IMG/VR virus record: IMGVR_UViG_3300042860_004240
Span: 1-64,000 of that record
Source: a virus
Taxonomy: Duplodnaviria > Caudoviricetes
Length of the DNA stretch: 64,000 nucleotides
Direction: 5' to 3' (one strand)
Shown here: positions 1-7,361 of the stretch, in pieces
Position numbering within the stretch: the stretch's first letter is position 1
Layout of the letters: each line of letters begins with the position of its first letter
The notes under the pieces: model-generated
Seen by the model: only the letters and a program-made list of their open reading frames with translations
What the model was told of the DNA's origin: nothing
Databases searched by the model: none
Program-made: the position numbers and the translations under genes

Positions 1-170
1 GTTTCTGCCCTCTTTTTTTTGCAGACCACCCCGGAATGCCGTGTGATCGGATCCACGTTAACTGTCCGTGAACCTACCGTTGGCAACTCGGTAGCAAAAC
101 AAAGGCCACCAAGGCGGTACGTAGCCTCAGGTCATCCCGACCAACGTACACAACCGAAAGGAGAGCCGAA

Positions 171-596
171 ATGAGCTCACCAATCACAACCCCTGGAAAC
201 AGGCTGCATGTCCGGATCGTCACGATGCGGGAGCAGAATGGGCCTAACGGTCCGTTCGTCTCCTTGTCAGTGGCGGACGACTTTGACCCTGGGTTCAACC
301 GCATCAACGCCAACGAAGGTGATCTTGTCTCGTACACGATGACCCCTGAGGTGTGGGTAGAGTTGCTCAAGATCATCGTTGCCAAAACCGGTGCAAAGGC
401 ACAGACCAAGACGAGCAAAGGCAAGCGCCCTGCTCCCTACGTCTGCTTTGACAAAGTAGTCAAGCTCGTTATCGAGCAGACTGCTCCAATCAAGGTGACT
501 CGCAAGAGCCGTGTCGACGCCATCACCATCAGTGGTGACGTCAAGGCCGTGTCTTCACGTGACAAGCGTGCGGGCAACGGCATCAGCCTCGACTAG
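171..596 (+). CDS. Hypothetical protein, tandem paralogue 1 of 3
   Basis: RBS GAAAGGAG; shares FVSL.VAD, KVV and C-terminal RAGN(G/T)..D motifs with 791..1204 and 1542..1943. Confidence 0.85.
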   Translation: MSSPITTPGNRLHVRIVTMREQNGPNGPFVSLSVADDFDPGFNRINANEGDLVSYTMTPEVWVELLKIIVAKTGAKAQTKTSKGKRPAPYVCFDKVVKLVIEQTAPIKVTRKSRVDAITISGDVKAVSSRDKRAGNGISLD

Positions 597-624
597 CAAT
601 CGAGTTTCCGGGGAAAAGTAAATT

Positions 625-658
625 GAGGGTAGTTCCTAGCAAGGACTGCCCTCTTTTT
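625..658 (+). terminator. Intrinsic terminator, repeat copy A
   Basis: GAGGGTAGT..ACTGCCCTC stem then TTTTT; near-identical to 1377..1411. Confidence 0.8.
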
Positions 659-790
659 ATTGGAGTCCCACTCCGATGCTGGTCATCCGACTAGCAGGTG
701 GGGAGGCGAACTGTCTCGTAAGAGGCATTGCCCGGTTGGATACCGCTCTATTAGGGTGCTGCAATGCATCCAACCTGAAAGGAGGTTAAA

Positions 791-1204
791 ATGAACAACA
801 TCCCTTCGGGACGTGTACTTGTTCGTGTGAGCGTCGCTTACTCGAGGAAGAACACCGTCACCGGCGAGGTTTTCGTGTCGCTCAACGTAGCTGATTCGAT
901 GACCGCTGGGTACGAGCGTTTGCCACAAGCAGATCTCGTCACCTACGCCGTGGCCAAGGACGTGTGGACCATTCTCGTTCGCGAGATTGCAACACGCGGT
1001 GCCAAGGCTACCAAGGGTATTGACAAGAACAAGGAGTCCTACTCCAAGTTCTCGCCAAAGGTCGTTGAGTTGGTTATCCAGCTCACCGCTCCGATGGTGG
1101 TCAAGAATGTTGGTCGTAAGGGTTCGGCTCTCAGCATCGCTGGGAACGTATCCGCGATCAATGTTCGTGAGCGTCGTGCTGGCAACGGCATCGCTCTCGA
1201 CTAG
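791..1204 (+). CDS. Hypothetical protein, tandem paralogue 2 of 3
   Basis: RBS AAAGGAGG; ends RERRAGNGIALD. Confidence 0.85.
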   Translation: MNNIPSGRVLVRVSVAYSRKNTVTGEVFVSLNVADSMTAGYERLPQADLVTYAVAKDVWTILVREIATRGAKATKGIDKNKESYSKFSPKVVELVIQLTAPMVVKNVGRKGSALSIAGNVSAINVRERRAGNGIALD

Positions 1205-1376
1205 TCGATACACCTCGGTGTGACGGGTCTCGTACTGAACCAGCAGTGAACTGGGAAGCCGATAGCACGGCAAAGGTGGGCTCATGACCTACATGCTATA
1301 CATGGTTGTAAGAACCTAGTCAAGACGACCGATATGCACCGTTGCTGCGAAAGTAGGTCGAAATCAAACTTGATGG

Positions 1377-1411
1377 AGAGGGTAGTCCCTGGCAAGGACT
1401 GCCCTCTTTTT
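1377..1411 (+). terminator. Intrinsic terminator, repeat copy B
   Basis: AGAGGGTAGTCC/GGACTGCCCTCT stem then T-run. Confidence 0.8.
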
Positions 1412-1541
1412 ATTGCTTAATACCAAAGTCTGCTAGCTTACATAGATTACCGAAATGATATTCTAAACCGGCTAGCGCCCCCGTGGGGGGCTGGGGAGAA
1501 ACTCCCTGTATGTCAACTATAAATTACTGGGAGGTAATGAT

Positions 1542-1943
1542 ATGACACAGAAAGTCCAAGTACGGATCTCGACTGTTGCAATACGCGACGGGAAAGACTC
1601 CAAATTCGTAAGCCTCAATATCAGCGATGAGATGTCCCCTGGATATGATCGTCTTCCTGATGCTGAGTTGAAGTCCTACTCGCTCTCATTAGAGTTGTGG
1701 GACAAGTTCAAACTTCACTCTGAGAAATTGGGTGTGAAATGGACTTCGAAGAAGGACAAGAATGGCAAAGCGTATCTAACAAGTTCGCCGAAGGTGGTTA
1801 CATTTGATGTGGCTCTCACTCGGTCCTTGGTAGATTCCGTGAAAGACTTGGATCGTACTACACGTTCCTTGACCTTGAGCGGTACTGCTGGAAACATTCA
1901 AGTGCGTGAACAACGTGCGGGAAATACCGTCAATTTCGATTGA
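1542..1943 (+). CDS. Hypothetical protein, tandem paralogue 3 of 3
   Basis: RBS GGGAGGT; ends REQRAGNTVNFD. Confidence 0.85.
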   Translation: MTQKVQVRISTVAIRDGKDSKFVSLNISDEMSPGYDRLPDAELKSYSLSLELWDKFKLHSEKLGVKWTSKKDKNGKAYLTSSPKVVTFDVALTRSLVDSVKDLDRTTRSLTLSGTAGNIQVREQRAGNTVNFD

Positions 1944-1968
1944 TTCAAGTATTTCTTTACAAATAGTC

Positions 1969-2021
1969 GTGAGTGTCAGTATGTCTTCGGATGTGCTGAC
2001 ACTCATTACTCATATTTTTTT
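1969..2021 (+). terminator. Long cUUCGg hairpin / terminator
   Basis: GTGAGTGTCAGTATGTC-TTCG-GATGTGCTGACACTCAT then a nearby T-run. Confidence 0.65.
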
Positions 2022-2078
2022 GTGTGTAACTCAACTAGATATCCGAAAAATCCAATAAATTACTGGGAGGTAATTACA

Positions 2079-2531
2079 ATGACAAAAATATCCGCAATTC
2101 ATCCAAACACAATCCTACGTGGAACAAATTCAATTGAGCTATTAACTACATCAACAAATGTAAACTTCGTAAAGAAAACATTTGAGTGCAGATGGGATCT
2201 TGATTCTCTTTGGACTGACCACTTTACCCCTAACGATCAGATTCGTTCAGCATTTGTATACAAGCACGATAAGTTCAAAGATACATACAATGTACTTATT
2301 GTTTTCCTCACTCTTGCGGTTAACAATAGTGGTAAATATATTACAAAAGTTGAACGTAAGAAATATCGAATCAATTTAAATTCTAAAGCTATTTGTGTAG
2401 CATGGGGCAATAGAAAATCTTTTCCATTAGAATATAGTTTCAATGAAATCGATCTAAATGATTTGAAAGCACAACTGTTTGAGATAACATCTGAATCAGC
2501 TGTGTTGTTCAAACAGGTAGTTAACACCTGA
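2079..2531 (+). CDS. Hypothetical protein
   Basis: Start moved to ATG 2079, after the same AAATTACTGGGAGGTAAT leader as the gene at 1542. Confidence 0.75.
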   Translation: MTKISAIHPNTILRGTNSIELLTTSTNVNFVKKTFECRWDLDSLWTDHFTPNDQIRSAFVYKHDKFKDTYNVLIVFLTLAVNNSGKYITKVERKKYRINLNSKAICVAWGNRKSFPLEYSFNEIDLNDLKAQLFEITSESAVLFKQVVNT

Positions 2532-2627
2532 AAACCCCTCGGTCAGTCCTACCGGGATAAAGTTAATAATGGACAACACAAATTCTCTAAGAATAAAGAA
2601 ACTCATACAAAAGAAAGAAGATAACTT

Positions 2628-2825
2628 ATGTCTGGAATGATATACACAAAAGACGGAAAACTACACGATGTTTACGAGATGACTTTGCCTCAAGCAATTC
2701 AAGAATTCAGCTCAAGAACAATATCACTAACAGAAATTTGCGAAATGCAAGGTGAAATTATCCAGATTCTATCAGATAAAATCATTCACCTAGAAGATCG
2801 CCTAACCGCTCTAGAAAGGAGCTAA
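2628..2825 (+). CDS. Hypothetical coiled-coil protein
   Basis: ORF in co-directional run. Confidence 0.6.
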   Translation: MSGMIYTKDGKLHDVYEMTLPQAIQEFSSRTISLTEICEMQGEIIQILSDKIIHLEDRLTALERS

Positions 2826-2827
2826 TA

Positions 2828-3166
2828 ATGACAACTCTAAAAGAGCTCATTAACCATTACTGCGAAGATGAAGACGCAGTAATAATCGAAACACTTACAG
2901 AGGACATAGCAAACTTGTTATGCGATCCCAATGAAGATGATCTAGATGTCTGGAACGAACGAATTACAAAGTTCAGTAAAGATATCATTGAGATTCGTTG
3001 GAGAGGTTTAAGTGTTAGACGTGGAGTTATGTATGTAACCCGTTCCGAAGGTAATTGGATTGGATTTACAACAGCAGGAAATGGTACACCTGCCTACATA
3101 TTCCCAGTCAACGATATTTTCGCGGAAACCATTTATTGGGAAATTCTGTCGAGAACATTGTTGTAA
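2828..3166 (+). CDS. Hypothetical protein
   Basis: Abuts previous stop; RBS GAAAGGAG. Confidence 0.7.
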   Translation: MTTLKELINHYCEDEDAVIIETLTEDIANLLCDPNEDDLDVWNERITKFSKDIIEIRWRGLSVRRGVMYVTRSEGNWIGFTTAGNGTPAYIFPVNDIFAETIYWEILSRTLL

Positions 3167-3171
3167 AGATC

Positions 3172-3250
3172 CTACTTCCCCCAAGTAGAAGACGGAGTTG
3201 AGAGCCCCGTACTGTCCCCAACAGTAGAAAGCATTCGTTGCTAGCTCTCC
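3172..3250 (+). ncRNA. Candidate small RNA with C-rich loop hairpins
   Basis: CTACTT-CCCCC-AAGTAG and TACTGT-CCCCA-ACAGTA hairpins in intergenic DNA. Confidence 0.4.
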
Positions 3251-3455
3251 ATTTCTCTTATTAGGTAATAATAAAAAAAATATTAGAACCTGATATAGAG
3301 TACCACAAATAATATAATAAATCAACATTGATAACACCAAAGTAATAAATCAAATGCAACAATTATCAATCTTTCTATAACAAGGAAATAATTAATGTTT
3401 GAAGCATTTATTGAATGGGTATTATCAATCTTTATCGGTCCTGAAGGAGGAAACG

Positions 3456-3647
3456 ATGGATACTAATAACGAATATGACGAAGAAGAAACAAAAACACCA
3501 ATCGCTGGCAAAGCAGGCAAACTCACTAAAAGGTTTGTTAAGCTTGGATTAGCCGGCGTAAACAAAGCCAAAGAAGTTCCAGGTAAAACTGTAACTGCAA
3601 GCAAAAAGGGTGCTAGTAGCTTTAAAGAAGGCTACAAAAGCGCATAA
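3456..3647 (+). CDS. Small Lys-rich hypothetical protein
   Basis: ATG 3456 after AAGGAGG. Confidence 0.65.
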   Translation: MDTNNEYDEEETKTPIAGKAGKLTKRFVKLGLAGVNKAKEVPGKTVTASKKGASSFKEGYKSA

Positions 3648-3734
3648 CACATACAGAAGCGTTGATGATTGCAAAATCGTCAACACATCAAAAGTAATAA
3701 AACCAATAAATAACCTGAATAGGAGAACAATAAC

Positions 3735-4808
3735 ATGGCATTAGACTATGCTAAATTGGGTTCTACATTCGCCGGCTTGGAAGCATTTGCTGACAATCCA
3801 GAGGCAATGGAGCTCACACGTAATACTATCAACCTTCGGGTTGGTAAACAAACACCATTCAAAGGCACAATCGGCAACGAAAAGCTGAACGCCTTTGTAA
3901 CATTGAAGTCGGCAAAGTTGACTCGTCTCAGCTTGCTACGTCAATCCCGTAAGCAACCATCAACTTCAGGTAGTCCTGACTATTATATCGTAACTGGTGC
4001 ATTTTCGCCAGTCGATCTAGAAGTCATGATTGAATCTGATGGAGAACTCGTACCATTATATGATGTATGGCGCGAAATGACAAATGCTTTGGGTAAGACA
4101 AAATATGATTCAAACGCCTTCTTGGCTCACTTGACTCGTATTGGCCTCAACTATACCAATGGTGGATTCCCTATCTACTTCCAGCAAATGGGAGCAGATC
4201 CGGATAAAATTGAGTACACACTGAACATGTTCCGTGACCTCGGTGGTTATGATGATGTCGCTGCAATGCAGAAGGCAACACGTGACTCATCTAAGCCACA
4301 ACGCATGGAACGTACACTCAAGCATGACACTGGTATTCCAGTAACATTCTTTGAGCTCGGTCAAGTTGATCGTACCAAAGTCACTAGTGGACAAGGTTTC
4401 GTAGACCTTTGTGATTCAATGAGCGGTCAATTCAACCGTGTAACATCACAACGTCACGATGCTAACGTACTTGCTCGTGAATTGGAAACTAATACAAACC
4501 TTTCAGATAAGAGCATTAAGGAAATCAACGCTAAGATTAAATCTTTGCGCGATCAATCCGTACAATACTCAGCTGTATGGTCAGGTTCACAACAAATCAC
4601 TGTAACAAATCCTATCACTAAGGATGTAGAATACAGTGATCGTTTTGCACCAACAAATGCACCTTGTGGTCGCTTTGACCTACTCGTCGATGGAGAAACA
4701 ATCAACATTGACCTGTGGAAAAACAGCGTTCGCAACGATGGTAGTGCACCATCAACATCTGTTCCTGCTCTTAAAACAATTAGTGCAGATTCAAACCCAT
4801 TAGGTTAA
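3735..4808 (+). CDS. Hypothetical protein, 357 aa
   Basis: RBS AGGAGA; long ORF with frequent CGT/GGT/ATC codons; no motif recognised. Confidence 0.85.
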   Translation: MALDYAKLGSTFAGLEAFADNPEAMELTRNTINLRVGKQTPFKGTIGNEKLNAFVTLKSAKLTRLSLLRQSRKQPSTSGSPDYYIVTGAFSPVDLEVMIESDGELVPLYDVWREMTNALGKTKYDSNAFLAHLTRIGLNYTNGGFPIYFQQMGADPDKIEYTLNMFRDLGGYDDVAAMQKATRDSSKPQRMERTLKHDTGIPVTFFELGQVDRTKVTSGQGFVDLCDSMSGQFNRVTSQRHDANVLARELETNTNLSDKSIKEINAKIKSLRDQSVQYSAVWSGSQQITVTNPITKDVEYSDRFAPTNAPCGRFDLLVDGETINIDLWKNSVRNDGSAPSTSVPALKTISADSNPLG

Positions 4809-4826
4809 TTAACTTAATGTAAGAAC

Positions 4827-4913
4827 GTAAGCAAGTATTCCTTACACGCCAGACGAGAAGCGCTGGTAGTAAGGGATGCTTGTTTGCAAGTGTCAGGGAG
4901 CTCGTCTGTCCCC
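4827..4913 (+). ncRNA. Structured 3' RNA element (19-bp stem plus possible pseudoknot)
   Basis: Stem 4827-4845/4869-4887 with G-U pairs; CAGACGAG complementary to CTCGTCTG 4901-4908. Confidence 0.5.
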
Positions 4914-5018
4914 GTGATTGTAATAGATCAAAAATTGTACGCATTAACAGACCCACTCTCAAATTAAATTAATACACTAAAAAAAAATTATATTCATACA
5001 TAGACCAAAAGGAAACTA

Positions 5019-5264
5019 ATGGAACAATTGAAAGGACCTAACACACCTTGCATGATCTGTGAAAAAGCCATACTTTATCTATGGCCTCAACGTGATGCAA
5101 CTAACTTAAACAGTGCTGTCGATGTATCAATCGCCGGCTATTACGGATCTGACTTTGACACAATGAGATACACAGGTATCATTTGTGACCATTGTCTAGA
5201 TTCACTCATACAAAGAAATAAAATTGAATTCATAAAATCAATTTACCAAAACGAAAAGGATTAG
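5019..5264 (+). CDS. Small zinc-finger-like protein
   Basis: CMIC and CDHC pairs; RBS AAGGA. Confidence 0.7.
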   Translation: MEQLKGPNTPCMICEKAILYLWPQRDATNLNSAVDVSIAGYYGSDFDTMRYTGIICDHCLDSLIQRNKIEFIKSIYQNEKD

Positions 5265-5268
5265 AATA

Positions 5269-5589
5269 ATGAGAAACATTACTTTAATTAAAATGATCCC
5301 AACCACTGAAAATAAAAGTAATGCTTTATTCCGAATCTCTCCAGGTTTTGTAGAAAAGTATTATGCTAATTCAAACAACTTAAAAGCTGTTAATCACATA
5401 CTAGTTATTGTGATGCTCGAACTAAATGCCATACACGCTTATCCTTGCAACGAAAATGCAGAGATTAAAAACGTTGACTGGTATTTCGAAGAACCATATA
5501 CAGATGCAGAAGATTTCTTTAATGCATTCTACGAACTGGTAATCAAAATCAAAAATAAGAAAATTCATACACAACAAAGGAACATATAA
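5269..5589 (+). CDS. Hypothetical protein
   Basis: RBS AAAGGA, operon spacing. Confidence 0.65.
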   Translation: MRNITLIKMIPTTENKSNALFRISPGFVEKYYANSNNLKAVNHILVIVMLELNAIHAYPCNENAEIKNVDWYFEEPYTDAEDFFNAFYELVIKIKNKKIHTQQRNI

Positions 5590-5700
5590 TATGAATAAGA
5601 AAATAACAATAGGAACCTTGATCACTATGTTAGCGTTTACGTTTACATGGGTGTTCAAGAAAGACATCAAAATTGGATTCATGAAAGGGTGGAACCGGTC

Positions 5701-5922
5701 ATGAAAAAGTTCTGGCTATGGAACCTCAAGCTTACACCAGCATACCACTTCTCCAAAGGTAAATACGGCAAAGGACTACTCCTTCTAGCTGTTAACTTTA
5801 CAATTGGAGCTGCTATTGCAATGAAAGCTCAAGAAACAAAAAAGAACCCAATCAAATCAAAAACATCAAAAGAATTTGACGAAATCGTTAAATACTATGA
5901 ACAAAAGGCAAAGGTACAATAA
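5701..5922 (+). CDS. Small membrane protein
   Basis: Hydrophobic GLLLLAVNFTIGAAIA; start placed at ATG 5701. Confidence 0.55.
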   Translation: MKKFWLWNLKLTPAYHFSKGKYGKGLLLLAVNFTIGAAIAMKAQETKKNPIKSKTSKEFDEIVKYYEQKAKVQ

Positions 5923-6085
5923 TGGCTAACTTTCTAATAGGGGCTCTATTTACTTATGGCATATTTGCTACTCTAGCATTTATGGACAGTGAAAAAGACC
6001 TTAAAAAGTTAAACAGAACAATCAAAGCAAAAAAGAATCATCCATCATCTGGTGTGATTCCAATGAAAAGGAAAGTAGGTTAATA

Positions 6086-6373
6086 ATGTCATTGAACAGT
6101 ATAACCCATATGCAAGCTGCAGAACTCATAGATAGTGCTGCAATGGAGGATCGACTCTATCATTTCAATGGTGGACAATCCTATCTTAGAATCAGCAATG
6201 TATCAAATGTCCTCATGGTCATTGATACGAGCCGAGCAGATAAGGTAGAAGTAAGCCTACATGATGGTACAGAATACTTTAAAACTTACGCACAAAATTG
6301 CTTTTCTTATTCCGAAAGAATGAGAATGAATCCAATGCGTAATTTCTTTAAGCTACCTGTAGAAGCACAATAG
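6086..6373 (+). CDS. Hypothetical protein
   Basis: ORF in co-directional run. Confidence 0.65.
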   Translation: MSLNSITHMQAAELIDSAAMEDRLYHFNGGQSYLRISNVSNVLMVIDTSRADKVEVSLHDGTEYFKTYAQNCFSYSERMRMNPMRNFFKLPVEAQ

Positions 6374-6395
6374 ATCACCTCCAGTAATAATAATC

Positions 6396-6459
6396 TCTAG
6401 CACATAGGCATAGTATAGATACTCTCTATATTGTGTCTATGTGTTAGATTTTATTTTTT
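6396..6459 (+). terminator. 23-bp hairpin terminator
   Basis: TCTAGCACATAGGCATAGTATAG/CTATATTGTGTCTATGTGTTAGA then T-run. Confidence 0.7.
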
Positions 6460-6584
6460 ATTCACCACCGGCCGGAACGGCCCAACCCAAAACACTATTT
6501 TTAGCAAGCTTCTGGTAGTACTTTAAATTAATACTTTTATTTAAAAATACTACCTTATTAAAGCGCGCAAAAATACCCTACCAA

Positions 6585-6613
6585 TTGACAAAGGAAACAT
6601 AATGATATATACT
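6585..6613 (+). promoter_or_regulatory. Sigma70/SigA-type promoter
   Basis: TTGACA-N17-TATACT upstream of the HicA-like gene. Confidence 0.7.
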
Positions 6614-6660
6614 AGAAGCAATCCAGAAAATACAACTACATATTCAAGGAGTAACTAACA

Positions 6661-6873
6661 ATGCCTCGGCAGCATCAAAGCTCTAAAATGAAGAGCGTTC
6701 TTAAAGAACTAACACGGTTAGGATTCACCGTAGAACGTAACAAATCAGGTACCTACAAAATTGTGCCCCCTCCCAATATTGAAGGTCCTGTTTACACTAC
6801 GCACGGAACTGAATCAGCGTACCATCCAATGAGACGCGACTTTAAGAGGATGTATAATGTTAACATTGAATAA
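6661..6873 (+). CDS. HicA-like (dsRBD-fold) protein
   Basis: 70 aa, pattern L..L...GF.V.R.K.G.YK and later TTHGT, typical of HicA-like proteins. Confidence 0.6.
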   Translation: MPRQHQSSKMKSVLKELTRLGFTVERNKSGTYKIVPPPNIEGPVYTTHGTESAYHPMRRDFKRMYNVNIE

Positions 6874-6885
6874 CACTTGTATTAT

Positions 6886-6931
6886 GTGCGAGAGTGAGAA
6901 CACGTAGTGGTTGCGTGTTCCACTCTTGCGC
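6886..6931 (+). other. Long hairpin 3' of HicA-like gene
   Basis: GTGCGAGAGTG.GAACACGTAG/TTGCGTGTTC-CACTCTTGCGC; no U-tract. Confidence 0.6.
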
Positions 6932-6974
6932 CTGGTATTCCATTAACATAATTAAATCCAACTATAACTTTAAA

Positions 6975-6990
6975 TGTTCCACGTGAAACA
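6975..6990. promoter_or_regulatory. parS: parS centromere site
   Basis: TGTTCCACGTGAAACA matches consensus TGTTNCACGTGAAACA exactly; intergenic. Confidence 0.8.
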
Positions 6991-7361
6991 ATTACAGTAA
7001 TTTTGTTGAACAAATAAAGAAAAGGGTCCCTCGCAGGGGTAGACCCAAACAAAACTTATCTAAACGTATAACACCACTAAAAGGAAATATTATGAATCTA
7101 TTCATAGGTATCTACCTACTCATGAGTCTTTCGGTTCTTTTGTTCGCTAAGAACGTTAAAAGAAAGAAATAAGAACTCATACAAAGATTATGCCATAGGC
7201 TAACACCACGCTTCAATTAGCCTCTTAGAGGTTATATGATAATATAATGCTTAACACATCTAGGACTATATGAGAAAGCTCACTGTTCGCTCCTAAGCAT
7301 AATCCCCTCACCTTGGCTAAATCCAAAATAAAAAAAATCTCGATCAAAAAAGAGGACTATT

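Noticed and set aside
74-1285. - strand ORFs 74..424 and 683..1285
   Set aside because: Antisense shadows of the GC-rich paralogues, which have RBSs and mutual homology.
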